From assembly GCA_049997855.1 (NCBI GenBank), contig JBEKSG010000004.1, positions 2,607-66,606 on the forward strand: a DNA stretch of 64,000 nt. The letters are read 5' to 3'. This stretch comes from Minisyncoccia bacterium (GTDB lineage Bacteria > Patescibacteriota > Minisyncoccia > Phycocordibacterales > SBAW01). A program made the translations under genes and the position numbers. Below are positions 9,068 to 20,034 of this stretch, piece after piece. Numbering within the stretch: the stretch's first letter is position 1; each line of letters starts with the position of its first letter. Below the pieces are notes generated by a model that did not search any database, was not told where the DNA came from, and saw only the letters and a program-made list of their open reading frames with translations.

Positions 9068-9934
9068 TTGACCATTTTTACCATATTTTTAGTGGGTGCG
9101 ACTTTGCTGGGTGTCATCGTCGGCAGTTTTTTAAACGCGCTCTCGTTCCGCTTTAACACGGGTGTGCCTTTTTTTAGCACGCGTGGCATGGGCGGGCGCT
9201 CGCGCTGTATGCAATGCGGGCATGCGCTCGGTGGCCTCGATTTGGTGCCCGTTTTTTCGTATATTTTTTTAGGAGGCAAGTGCCGCTACTGCGGCTCGCG
9301 CATCTCGGCGCAGTATCCGCTTGTGGAGATTGTGGCGGGAATGCTTGGCGCGGGAGTGTTTGTGAGAGTGTGGGATGCGATGCCTCCTCAAGGAGGCATC
9401 GCATCCGCTCTTGCATTTTTGTTTTGGTTTGTAATATGGATGACGCTTTTGTTTGTCGTCATCTATGACCTCAAACACATGATTATCCCGTGGAGCTGTT
9501 CGCTTGTGCTTGTTGCACTTGCGGTTGTTGGTATTATGTTCAACCTCGTAGGTAAGGGCACACTTATGCCGCTCACAGCGGCTCCAACATCAAACCTATG
9601 GGCGTTGCTCGCGGGGCCGCTTTTGGCACTGCCGTTATTTCTACTCTCTCTGGTATCGTGGGGCCGATGGATGGGGTGGGCAGACAGCGCACTTGAGCTA
9701 TCAATAGGAGCGTTGCTCGGTTTAAGCGCCGGTGCGACCGCGCTTAGCTTCGCCTTTTGGAGCGGCGCACTCATAGGCGTCATACTCATTGCACTCTCGC
9801 GTGTTTTTTCTCGGCTGCATTTTTTTAGGTATACAATAAAGAGCGAGATGCCGTTTGCTCCGTTTTTGGTGTTGGGAGCCGCTCTCGCTTATTTTTGTCA
9901 TGTCGACTTCTTTTCGTCGTTCACGCTCTTTTGA
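9068..9934 (+). CDS. pilD: Prepilin peptidase PilD (A24 family); TTG start 9068 or GTG near 9095
   Basis: CxxC..CxxC zinc motif (CMQCGHALGG..CRYCGSRISAQYPLVE), multiple TMs, catalytic Asp region. Confidence 0.85.
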   Translation: MTIFTIFLVGATLLGVIVGSFLNALSFRFNTGVPFFSTRGMGGRSRCMQCGHALGGLDLVPVFSYIFLGGKCRYCGSRISAQYPLVEIVAGMLGAGVFVRVWDAMPPQGGIASALAFLFWFVIWMTLLFVVIYDLKHMIIPWSCSLVLVALAVVGIMFNLVGKGTLMPLTAAPTSNLWALLAGPLLALPLFLLSLVSWGRWMGWADSALELSIGALLGLSAGATALSFAFWSGALIGVILIALSRVFSRLHFFRYTIKSEMPFAPFLVLGAALAYFCHVDFFSSFTLF

Positions 9935-10589
9935 TAAGCGGCCTGCCTGCGCAGGCAGGGGCTTTACCTTGCTCGAGCTTATGGTAACGATGGCTATTAT
10001 GGTCATCGTTACCAGCATCATGCTGTTTAACCAGGCCAAATTCGACAGTTCCACTATTTTGCGCTCGCTCGCGTACAGCGTGGCGCTCTCGGTCCGCCAA
10101 GCGCAGGTGTACGGCACCTCGGTCCTCGGCACCTCGACGCCCCAGGTTGCATGCAGCGGTTTTTATTCGGCGGGGGAGTGTTATGTGTCCGCCTACGGCG
10201 TGTACTTTAACAGCGCAAGTCCCGGGCAATACATCCTCTTTGCCGACCTCAACAACGACGGTCGGTACGAGACGGGAGAGGCTATAAAAGTATTTTCACT
10301 CAACACCGACTATGTAGTATCGGATTTTTGTGCGGCACAATCGGGTAGTCCAGTGCCTAGCAACCCTTTAGCGTGGTGTAAAAGTACTGGCACGATAACC
10401 CAGCTAAGTATTGTATTTAAAAGACCAAACCCAGATGCTTGTTTTTCAACCGATTTGAATTCCAGTGCTTGTGCGCCTGGAAGCACGCCGTTTTACTCAA
10501 GCGCTATGATTTATTTAACCAATCAAGGCGATCCTTCAAGTGTGCGGAGCGTGATGGTTACCTCAACAGGACTTATATCGGCACAATGA
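9900..10589 (+). CDS. Pseudopilin/minor pilin with 21-aa leader MSTSFRRSRSFDKRPACAGRG|FTLLELM; overlaps pilD 3' end
   Basis: GFTLLE cleavage motif; ATG 9900 in frame; palindromic repeat encodes PACAGR at -7..-2. Confidence 0.6.
   Translation: MSTSFRRSRSFDKRPACAGRGFTLLELMVTMAIMVIVTSIMLFNQAKFDSSTILRSLAYSVALSVRQAQVYGTSVLGTSTPQVACSGFYSAGECYVSAYGVYFNSASPGQYILFADLNNDGRYETGEAIKVFSLNTDYVVSDFCAAQSGSPVPSNPLAWCKSTGTITQLSIVFKRPNPDACFSTDLNSSACAPGSTPFYSSAMIYLTNQGDPSSVRSVMVTSTGLISAQ
9941..9959. repeat. Palindromic repeat copy 3 (GCCTGCCTGCGCAGGCAGG), in pseudopilin leader, encodes PACAGR
   Basis: Read from sequence. Confidence 0.9.
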
Positions 10590-11215
10590 AAATCTATTCG
10601 CACATATTTAAAACGCGCCTGCCTGCCGGCAGGCAGGGATTTACCCTTATCGAAATGCTCGTCTCGGTCGCACTGTTTTCGGTCGTGATGGTCATGGCGC
10701 TCGGCGCGTTGCTCTCGCTCTCCACAGCCGACAGGAAGGCGCAGGCGCTCAAGTCGTCGGTAGATAACCTTAACTTTGCGCTCGACTCTATGTCGCGCAC
10801 GATACGCACCGGCTACAACTATCATTGCGGTTCTTCTTCCGGCGGAGATTGTAAAGCCGGCAACAACACGTTTTACTTTACCGCCAACAATGGCGTGGTA
10901 ACCGCCTATCGGCTTGAGAGCCTCACGGTCGACTCCAACGCCGCGGCTATATGCGGGCAAACCATTGCGACACCCGGCTGTCTTGCCATTTCGGTCGGGG
11001 GAGGCGCATGGGCGTCCATCACGAGCCCCGACGTTATCATCAATGACTTGAGCGCCTCAAACAGCTACTCGTTCCATTTGTGGGGAACAACCACCGGGGA
11101 CAATATCCAGCCGATTGTGGTGATTACGCTCAGCGGCTACGCGCAGGTGAGTACCACACAACAGTCGGCCTTCCATTTGCAAACCACCGTGACGCAACGC
11201 ATTTATGATCAATAG
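10586..11215 (+). CDS. Pseudopilin/minor pilin with 18-aa leader MKIYSHIFKTRLPAGRQG|FTLIEM; ATGA overlap with previous gene
   Basis: GFTLIE motif; palindrome variant encodes LPAGRQ at -7..-2. Confidence 0.65.
   Translation: MKIYSHIFKTRLPAGRQGFTLIEMLVSVALFSVVMVMALGALLSLSTADRKAQALKSSVDNLNFALDSMSRTIRTGYNYHCGSSSGGDCKAGNNTFYFTANNGVVTAYRLESLTVDSNAAAICGQTIATPGCLAISVGGGAWASITSPDVIINDLSASNSYSFHLWGTTTGDNIQPIVVITLSGYAQVSTTQQSAFHLQTTVTQRIYDQ
10618..10637. repeat. Palindromic repeat copy 4, CCGG-centred variant (CCTGCCTGCCGGCAGGCAGG), in pseudopilin leader
   Basis: Perfect 20-bp palindrome read from sequence. Confidence 0.9.
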
Positions 11216-11822
11216 TATGCGAATACCATTAACAAATATGCACACTCGCAAAGGTTTTACCCTGGTGGAGACTCTAATAGCCATCAGCGTGCTCGCGATT
11301 GCCATTACCGGTCCGCTCGTGATCGCGCAAGAGGGCTTGCAGGCTGCGCTTATCTCCAAAGACCAAATTACCGCGTTTTATCTGGCGCAAGACGCCATCG
11401 AATACATCCGCTACGCGCGTGATACCAACTGTCTGGTGGCTGGCTCATCATCCAGCGGGTGTCCGGCAGGGCAGTGGCTTGCCGGCAACGGCAGTGCCGC
11501 CCAGGACGTTAACCTCACTCCGTGCGTAAGCGCCAACGGCACCAATGCTTGCACAGTCGATGTGATAGCGCTCACACAACCGGCCGCATGCGCGGGCGGC
11601 GTATGTCCGGCCATTAACTACGACTCGACTAATAATTATTTTACCTACAAGAGCGGTTCGGCAAGTATCTTTACGCGCACGATTAGCATTACCTCTCCGG
11701 TATGTAATAGTGGAAACACGCTTTGCAACGCCAACGAAGCGGCGATTGCGGTGACAGTTTCGTGGAACGATCCGCTTTCTCACTCGATAACAGTCGGAGA
11801 AAATATAACCGATTGGCAATAA
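11205..11822 (+). CDS. Pseudopilin (leader ..MHTRKG|FTLVETL; alternative starts 11217/11238)
   Basis: GFTLVE motif and hydrophobic N-terminal helix. Confidence 0.6.
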   Translation: MINSMRIPLTNMHTRKGFTLVETLIAISVLAIAITGPLVIAQEGLQAALISKDQITAFYLAQDAIEYIRYARDTNCLVAGSSSSGCPAGQWLAGNGSAAQDVNLTPCVSANGTNACTVDVIALTQPAACAGGVCPAINYDSTNNYFTYKSGSASIFTRTISITSPVCNSGNTLCNANEAAIAVTVSWNDPLSHSITVGENITDWQ

Positions 11823-11827
11823 ATAGC

Positions 11828-12334
11828 ATGACTAAAGGATTTACTTTATTTTTTGCGCTGCTGGTATCGAGCCTCGCGCTCGCCATCGGGCTTGCCATTT
11901 ATGACATCACTGTCCGCGAGCTCCAGCTCTCGGAGGCGGCAACACAGTCGCAATATGCCATCTACGCCGCCGACACGGGTGCCGAGTGCGCGCTCTATTG
12001 GGAAAATAAATATGTCGGTAACGGCGGCAGTAACAGCGCGTTTGCCACCTCCTCTTCGGACACATCAGCGCAAGTACCACAAAGTGGCATTATCTGCAGC
12101 GGTCAGGACATCGCCGCAGCTGCGGTTACCGCACACAACTGGCCACAAGCCGCCGATGCAAATGATGCAACCACCACGTTTACGATTAATGGCGCCACCA
12201 CGGCTGCGCCTTGCACCATTGTGTATGTATACAAAAGAGGCAATCCATCGGTTACCACCGTGGTTTCGCATGGGTACAATACCTGCACCACGGGATCGCT
12301 TCAGATTGAGCGTGTGTTCCAGGTTACCTACTAA
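11828..12334 (+). CDS. Pseudopilin-like protein (MTKG|FTLFFALLV, lacks Glu+5)
   Basis: Prepilin-type N-terminus with Phe instead of conserved Glu5; last gene of pilus cluster. Confidence 0.5.
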   Translation: MTKGFTLFFALLVSSLALAIGLAIYDITVRELQLSEAATQSQYAIYAADTGAECALYWENKYVGNGGSNSAFATSSSDTSAQVPQSGIICSGQDIAAAAVTAHNWPQAADANDATTTFTINGATTAAPCTIVYVYKRGNPSVTTVVSHGYNTCTTGSLQIERVFQVTY

Positions 12335-12339
12335 GCTAA

Positions 12340-14370
<2,031 letters not shown>

Positions 14371-14397
14371 GGCTAATTTTTGTTATAGTATCCTTGT

Positions 14398-14718
14398 ATG
14401 ATTTCCAAAGAGGAGGTGGAACAATTGGCCGCTTTGGCACGGCTTGAGGTGACACCCAAAGAGATAGAGAGCTTGCAAAAAGACATCTCAAACATTCTCG
14501 GCTATGTCGGGCAAGTAGCGGCTGTCTCTGTCGACGGCAAAGAGCACGAGATACCTCTCGTGCGCAATGTGCTCCGCAGTGATGTGCCGCGCCTGCCTGC
14601 GCAGGCAGGCGAAGCGGGAGACACGATGGCTGGCAAAGAGGCACAGGTGATAGCGGCGTTCCCTAAACGCGAGGGCACTTTTAACGTCGTGCGCAAGATA
14701 ATCCAAAAAGATGAGTAG
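14398..14718 (+). CDS. gatC: Glutamyl/aspartyl-tRNA amidotransferase subunit C with in-frame palindrome insertion (LPAQAG)
   Basis: GatC-like N-terminus (EEVEQLAALARLEV); 8-nt overlap with gatA. Confidence 0.75.
   Translation: MISKEEVEQLAALARLEVTPKEIESLQKDISNILGYVGQVAAVSVDGKEHEIPLVRNVLRSDVPRLPAQAGEAGDTMAGKEAQVIAAFPKREGTFNVVRKIIQKDE
14590..14611. repeat. Palindromic repeat copy 5 (CGCCTGCCTGCGCAGGCAGGCG, 22-bp perfect palindrome) inside gatC
   Basis: Read from sequence. Confidence 0.9.
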
Positions 14719-16138
14719 CTTAAACGAACTTTCGATAGCAGAAGCGTCCAAAAAATTGCAAGCGGAAGAGATTACCGCGGTAGATTTGGCACGCGCCTGT
14801 TTGGATGAAATAAAAAAAAGAGACACAAGCTTGCATGCGTTTTTGGAAGTGTATGACGATGTCCTCGAGCAAGCACAGGCGGCTGATGAGAGGCGAGTCC
14901 GTTCGACAAGCTCAAGGCAAGAAGTAAGCCCGCTTCTTGGCATCCCGCTTGCGATAAAAGACAATATTTTAATCGAGGGGCGTAAAGTCTCGGCTGCTTC
15001 AAAAATGTTGGAAGGCTACGTTGCCACATTTGATGCGACCATCATTACAAAACTAAAAGAAGCGGGCGCCGTGTTTCTTGGCCGCACCAACATGGACGAG
15101 TTTGCGCACGGCGGCTCGACCGAAAACTCCGCGTTTGGCCCGACCAAAAATCCGCACGACGAGTCGCGCGTGCCCGGCGGTTCATCCGGCGGCTCCGCGA
15201 CTGCGGTTGCCGCACACATGGCGCTCTGTGCACTTGGCACCGACACCGGCGGCTCCATCCGCGAGCCGGCAAGCTTTTGCGGGTTGGTGGGGCTCAAACC
15301 AACCTACGGCGCGGTCTCGCGCTCGGGGCTCATCGCGATGGGCAGCTCGCTCGACCAAGCAGGGCCGCTCACGCACACTGTCGAAGACGCGCAACTTATT
15401 TTTGATACCATCCGCGGCAAGGATGAGCTCGACAGCACCACCATCACGCCCGATTTTTATCCAAAAAAATCTTACGGCAAACGTATTGGCGTACCAAGGC
15501 ATCTCCTTAAAGAGGGAATAGACAAAGATGTTCTGCAAGCGTTTAACAAAACACTCGAGACGTTTAAAGCGAAAGGGTATGAAATTGTCGATGTGGAATT
15601 GCCGCTCGCGGGCCTCGCGCTTGCGGTCTATTACGTCATCATGCCGGCGGAGGTCTCCGCAAATCTCGCGCGCTTTGACGGCGTGCGCTACGGGTTGTCG
15701 CGCAAAGGCAAAACACTGTTTGACGACTACGCGATTTCGCGGGGAGAGGGTTTTGGCCCCGAGGCGCGCCGCCGGATTATGCTCGGCACCTACGTGCTTT
15801 CGGCCGGCTACTATGACGCCTATTTTGGCAAAGCAACCGCCGCGCGCGCACAGTTGCGTGCCGAGGTTGAGCGCGTGCTCAAAGAGGTTGACAGTATTGT
15901 TACGCCAACCGCCACATCGCCCGCCACAAAACTTGGCGAGAAGACCGATGACCCGCTTGCGATGTACTTGATGGACATCTTTACGGTTACCGCAAACTTG
16001 ACCGGCAATCCAGCTCTCTCGGTGCCCATGGGCACCGTCCTGCGCGAAGACAAGCATCTCCCGGTGGGTATCCAATGTATGGCTGCACATGGCGACGAAG
16101 CCACGCTGTTTAGTATGGGGAAAGTAATTGAAGCTTAA
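14711..16138 (+). CDS. gatA: Glutamyl/aspartyl-tRNA amidotransferase subunit A (amidase)
   Basis: Amidase signature GGSSGGSA, catalytic Ser-cisSer-Lys context; 475 aa. Confidence 0.9.
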   Translation: MSSLNELSIAEASKKLQAEEITAVDLARACLDEIKKRDTSLHAFLEVYDDVLEQAQAADERRVRSTSSRQEVSPLLGIPLAIKDNILIEGRKVSAASKMLEGYVATFDATIITKLKEAGAVFLGRTNMDEFAHGGSTENSAFGPTKNPHDESRVPGGSSGGSATAVAAHMALCALGTDTGGSIREPASFCGLVGLKPTYGAVSRSGLIAMGSSLDQAGPLTHTVEDAQLIFDTIRGKDELDSTTITPDFYPKKSYGKRIGVPRHLLKEGIDKDVLQAFNKTLETFKAKGYEIVDVELPLAGLALAVYYVIMPAEVSANLARFDGVRYGLSRKGKTLFDDYAISRGEGFGPEARRRIMLGTYVLSAGYYDAYFGKATAARAQLRAEVERVLKEVDSIVTPTATSPATKLGEKTDDPLAMYLMDIFTVTANLTGNPALSVPMGTVLREDKHLPVGIQCMAAHGDEATLFSMGKVIEA

Positions 16139-16262
16139 CTTCAAAATCTCTTTTTAAAAATCCTTAACCCCACTTTTTATAGTCACTTCGCTCCTTAAAA
16201 AGCGGCACGCCCCCGCCTAGATTTTAAAAAAGAGATTTTGAAATATGCCTTATAATAGATAA

Positions 16263-16847
16263 ATGGACTACGTTCATTTTATAAATCTCGAGTATTTTAT
16301 TTTGCTGGCGTATCGGGTGTTTACCGGCACCAACATTGATATCTCGCAAATCCCCGCGCAGACGCTCCAGCTTACCGAGTATATCGCGTGGGCGGGCATT
16401 ATTTTTACGGTATTATTTGCCGTGCTTTTTATATACACGCAACGGCGCATACATGTCATCGAGCACGAGGGTTGGCACAGACGTGCCTCAGAAGAGGAGC
16501 ATCTTAAGGCACAACATACGGAGGAGATGCCTATTAATCCGCAATGGGAGCATATCATTATGCTCATCAGCACGCCGCAAGAAAGCGACTGGCGTCGCGC
16601 CGTTATGGAAGCCGACATCATGATGGGTAATATGCTCACCGCGCGCGGCTACCGGGGCGAGACCGTTGCCGACCAGTTGCGCGATGCAAACCCGATACAG
16701 TTTACAACGCTTGATTTGGCGTGGAAGGCACATAAAGTACGCAACGAGATAGCGCACAAGGGCGAGAGCTTTAGGCTCGACGAGCGCACCGCAAAAGCAA
16801 CGATAGACCTCTATCGCAGAGTCTTTGAAGAGTTTCAGTATTTGTGA
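16263..16847 (+). CDS. Membrane-anchored HEPN/DUF4145-like protein
   Basis: One TM helix; C-terminal R-x4-H motif (VRNEIAH) typical of HEPN-type domains. Confidence 0.35.
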   Translation: MDYVHFINLEYFILLAYRVFTGTNIDISQIPAQTLQLTEYIAWAGIIFTVLFAVLFIYTQRRIHVIEHEGWHRRASEEEHLKAQHTEEMPINPQWEHIIMLISTPQESDWRRAVMEADIMMGNMLTARGYRGETVADQLRDANPIQFTTLDLAWKAHKVRNEIAHKGESFRLDERTAKATIDLYRRVFEEFQYL

Positions 16848-16882
16848 TATCCTGGGGCCATTAGAGGCTAGGCTCTTATCAT

Positions 16883-16953
16883 CGCGGGGTGGAGGAATGG
16901 TACCTCACGAGGCTCATAACCTCGGGATCTGGGTTCGACTCCCGGCCCCGCAA
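16883..16953 (+). tRNA. tRNA-fMet (anticodon CAT), initiator type
   Basis: Cloverleaf folded by hand: acceptor CGCGGGG/CCCCGCA with C1xA72 mismatch, A11:U24 pair, anticodon loop CTCATAA, T-loop TTCGACT. Confidence 0.75.
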
Positions 16954-16960
16954 CACGTAT

Positions 16961-17572
16961 ATGTCGCATCATTTTTCCATAGGAGAGTCGCTCCATTTTG
17001 GCTGGGAAAAGACCAAAGCACACAGTCGGCTCCTGTTTCAAACGATGCTAACGTTTTTTGCGGTGGAGGTTGCGAGCGCGATAGTGCAGCATGTTCTTAC
17101 ACATAGTGTGCTCGGGTTTGTCGCACAAGTGGCGCTGTTTGTTGTAAGCATTTATATCGGCGTCGGGTTTACGGTGATAGTGCTCAAGATCGCGCGCGGT
17201 GAACATGCATCGTACAGCGCGCTTCTGCCCAACACGGCGCTTGTGTGGCGTTTCTTTTTGGCGGGTCTGCTCTCCGGCGTCCTCATATGCATCGGTCTCA
17301 TACTTTTGATTGTGCCGGGAGTCTATCTATTACTTCGCTACTCTATGGTGCGCTTTGCCGTTATCGACGGCGCAAGCGTTACCGACAGTTTGCGCAAAAG
17401 TGCCGAGCTTACAGTGGGGGTCAAATGGCATTTGCTTTGGTTTATTCTTGCAATTATTGCAATCAACATCGTCGGTGCAATACTCTTTTTGGTGCCGCTT
17501 CTCGTGACCGTGCCGGTGACTATGATAGCCTACGCGCATGTGTACCAAAAGTTGCTCAGCCGCAAAGGCTAA
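16961..17572 (+). CDS. Integral membrane protein (DUF975-like); listed ORF start 16889 overlaps the tRNA and is rejected
   Basis: 4-5 predicted TM helices; ATG 16961 right after tRNA. Confidence 0.35.
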   Translation: MSHHFSIGESLHFGWEKTKAHSRLLFQTMLTFFAVEVASAIVQHVLTHSVLGFVAQVALFVVSIYIGVGFTVIVLKIARGEHASYSALLPNTALVWRFFLAGLLSGVLICIGLILLIVPGVYLLLRYSMVRFAVIDGASVTDSLRKSAELTVGVKWHLLWFILAIIAINIVGAILFLVPLLVTVPVTMIAYAHVYQKLLSRKG

Positions 17573-17653
17573 GAGTAAAAATTGAAGAAATAGCGCAAAA
17601 ATGATACCGTGAGCGCTAGGCGTGCCCTTCGAAACTCGAAGAGTACGGGTCAT

Positions 17654-17727
17654 GTCGGCGTAGCTCAGGCAGTTAGAGCATGGGACTCATAAACCCAAGG
17701 TCGAAGGTGCAAGTCCTTCCGCCGACA
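17654..17727 (+). tRNA. tRNA-Met (anticodon CAT; elongator or Ile2-type)
   Basis: Acceptor GTCGGCG/CGCCGAC, D-arm GCTCAG..GAGC, anticodon loop CTCATAA, perfect T-stem GAAGG/CCTTC. Confidence 0.7.
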
Positions 17728-17821
17728 CACAGTTGTGACGCCAGGAACTCGTTCCGTCAGGCGTCGAAAGTGCGAAATTCCGGTACCATACCGCTGAGGG
17801 TCGAATCCTAGTCTGCCAGCC

Positions 17822-18505
17822 ATGAAAATTATAAACAACCTCAGCATAACCGGTGCATATCGAAACAGAGTGACGCTCGTTGTCTATTATGGTATGCGTG
17901 TGTTAGTCCTCATTGGGGCGGCTCTATTTCTATTGCGGGGAAACTGGGAGTCGGCGGTAAGCACTCTCCTTATTTTCCTTCTGATGTTTGTTCCGTCTAT
18001 CCTTAAAGAGCGCTACCGGCTGTATCTGCCGTTTACTCTCGACCTAGGCATTGTTATTTTTATTTTTTCCACGCTCTTTTTAGGCGAAGTGGGGCGCTTT
18101 TACGATCGGATTCCGCTGTGGGATAAATTTTTACACTTTCAATCGGGACTTTTACTGGGCGCAACCGGCTACGTACTGCTGTATATCTTAAACGAACATA
18201 AGCACTTGAAACTCAACCTGAGCCCGCTGTTTGTATCAATTTTTGCGGTCGCATTTTCTCTCGCAATAGGCGCGGTGTGGGAGATGTTCGAGTTTGCGGG
18301 AGACGCATATTTTTCAGCTCATCTCGTCAATTACTCTCCTTGGCAGGCAAGCAATGCCGATACCATGTGGGACCTTATTGCAGACGGAGGAGGAGCATTG
18401 ATCGTCAGTATGGTGGGATATTTTTGGATGCATCAATATAAGCGCCTCCCTTTTACTCCTTGGATGCTCAAGATAATCAAGATCAAAAATAAGTTCAAGA
18501 AATAG
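17822..18505 (+). CDS. Integral membrane protein (hypothetical)
   Basis: Multiple hydrophobic helices; no catalytic motif recognised. Confidence 0.35.
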   Translation: MKIINNLSITGAYRNRVTLVVYYGMRVLVLIGAALFLLRGNWESAVSTLLIFLLMFVPSILKERYRLYLPFTLDLGIVIFIFSTLFLGEVGRFYDRIPLWDKFLHFQSGLLLGATGYVLLYILNEHKHLKLNLSPLFVSIFAVAFSLAIGAVWEMFEFAGDAYFSAHLVNYSPWQASNADTMWDLIADGGGALIVSMVGYFWMHQYKRLPFTPWMLKIIKIKNKFKK

Positions 18506-18606
18506 CAGTGGAAATGTCATATACATGGTTGGTCTGGCGGCCTTTCTCCGCCACAGCAAAAGTTTAAAAGCCTCTGGAAGTTATCGAGGACTTTTTCTTT
18601 TGCTTC

Positions 18607-19938
18607 CTACATTAGAGTAATTTTCTTATCATTGATTACGAGCTTGCCGCGCAGGTGCTCCAGTAGCTCGCGCTTTTCCTCCATGCTTCCTTCCTCAAGC
18701 AGGTACTTTGCATATTTCTTTATATCCATCGCCACCCCTGTGTCTTTCTCTTTTGAACCAAGCACTGTCTTGCGGAGCTTGTTGTAGCGGGCAATCTCTT
18801 TCTCAATAAGGTGGCGGGCGCCCAACTCGTCAATCTCGACTTGGTCGATGATTCCGCACAGCTGCTCTATGACACTGTCCTCACGGATGTAAGGATTCTT
18901 GCAATTGCGGTCTTTGCCGCCAGTGCAACTGTAGTAGGTGTACCAGCGGGAAGTGCCATCTTTGTTGACCTTCTGCTTGTCCAATCCGGTCACGCCGGAG
19001 CCGCACTTGCCGCATACCATGAGGCGCACAAAGGTAAACTCGCGGTCGCGCTTTCTTGGCTTGCTCTCCTCGATAATCTTTGCACGGACCGCTTGGAATA
19101 GTTCCTGTGAGATGAGAGGCTGATGCTTCCCAACATACCAGTTGCCGCTCTTACGCGGGTACTCATACACGCCGCAGTAAAAGGGATTCTTGAGCATCTC
19201 GTACAGCGTGCTTATGTTAAGCGTCTTGTCGTTGCGTGTCTTGAAGTTCATCTCATCCTTTAGCCAAAAATATACCCGCTTGCCGCTCCAGCGTTCCTTT
19301 GCCACTTTCTCGAATATCATCCTAACTACCGGCGCCCGTAGGGGATCGAGCAGTACTTCGCACTTGTGGTCTGAGCGTTTGTCGTTGAGATATCCAGTCG
19401 GCGCATACCCCGGCAAAAGGCCCATTTCTGCACGCGTTCGCAGCCCGCGCTTCACGTTTACGCTCTTGTTGTCATTCTCCAGCTTTGCCTGAGAGCACAG
19501 TATCATCAGCATGAACTTCTCGTTCGGATTGTTGGTAAACTTCTGCGAGTACGCGCGTATCTCCAAGAGCTTGCCTTGGTCGAATAGGTCCACCACCGCA
19601 CCAAGGTCTCCGGCATTGCGGCTCAGCCTGTCCGGTGCCCACGTCAGGATGCCGTTGAATTTTCCCGTTCGTATATCAGCGAGCAACTGCTGGTACACGG
19701 GTCGTTGCCCGGCCGCTTTTGCAGAATGCTTCTCCTGTCGCACTTCAACAACTTCGAGCCCATCCCGCTCTGCCACCTGCGTCATCTCCTTGATTTGCGA
19801 CCCTATGGAGAGAGCCTGATTCTCATCGTCCTCGGTGCTCTTGCGAGCGTAAAGGCAGTAGCGCACCTTTACTGCCTCCTTAATTTCCGGCCTCGCCCCT
19901 AGAGCTCCTGTTGTACCTTCAAAAACGCTTGTGTTCAT
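18607..19938 (-). CDS. Large serine recombinase (integrase)
   Basis: N-terminal resolvase catalytic domain (YARKSTEDDENQ..), recombinase domain, C-terminal zinc ribbon CGKCG..C..C, coiled-coil; 443 aa. Confidence 0.85.
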   Translation of the reverse strand: MNTSVFEGTTGALGARPEIKEAVKVRYCLYARKSTEDDENQALSIGSQIKEMTQVAERDGLEVVEVRQEKHSAKAAGQRPVYQQLLADIRTGKFNGILTWAPDRLSRNAGDLGAVVDLFDQGKLLEIRAYSQKFTNNPNEKFMLMILCSQAKLENDNKSVNVKRGLRTRAEMGLLPGYAPTGYLNDKRSDHKCEVLLDPLRAPVVRMIFEKVAKERWSGKRVYFWLKDEMNFKTRNDKTLNISTLYEMLKNPFYCGVYEYPRKSGNWYVGKHQPLISQELFQAVRAKIIEESKPRKRDREFTFVRLMVCGKCGSGVTGLDKQKVNKDGTSRWYTYYSCTGGKDRNCKNPYIREDSVIEQLCGIIDQVEIDELGARHLIEKEIARYNKLRKTVLGSKEKDTGVAMDIKKYAKYLLEEGSMEEKRELLEHLRGKLVINDKKITLM

Positions 19939-19947
19939 ATGCCTTGT

Positions 19948-19975
19948 AGTTACTTGCTAATCTGCAAGTACAAGG
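19948..19975. promoter_or_regulatory. Inverted repeat TTACTTGC-n6-GCAAGTAC in divergent promoter region between recombinase and helicase genes
   Basis: Dyad read from sequence, 10 nt upstream of recombinase start codon. Confidence 0.3.
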
Positions 19976-20034
19976 AATGACGCAACCCCTGCTGTGAGTC
20001 TAGACCAGCTCCGGCACCCCTAAGTTGGTAAGAA

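Noticed and set aside
9855-9899. N-terminal extension of pseudopilin ORF back to 9855
   Set aside because: It would put 35 residues before the prepilin cleavage site, deep inside pilD coding sequence. ATG 9900 gives a 21-aa leader. This is still uncertain because there is no start between the pilD stop and the GFTLLE motif.
15182-16144. Long antisense ORFs opposite well-supported genes (e.g. 15182..16144-, 46480..47406-, 47201..48190-, 48194..48853-, 41237..41929-, 6296..6928-, 13135..13680-, 49814..50692-)
   Set aside because: These are typical shadow ORFs of GC-rich DNA. The sense-strand genes (gatA, ftsX, pyrG, MFP, pilT/pilC, ligA, GH18) have strong motif support and the antisense products have none.
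16825-17106. ORFs 16825..17106 and the 16889 N-terminal extension overlapping the tRNA-fMet
   Set aside because: The region folds into a canonical initiator tRNA. The membrane protein has an in-frame ATG at 16961 immediately after the tRNA.
17728-17821. Possible third tRNA between tRNA-Met and the next gene (contains GGTCGAATCC-like T-loop sequence)
   Set aside because: Could not build a 7-bp acceptor stem or anticodon arm. It is better explained as a hairpin (GACGCCAGG..CAGGCGTC) plus the repeat motif shared with 38.3-38.7 kb.
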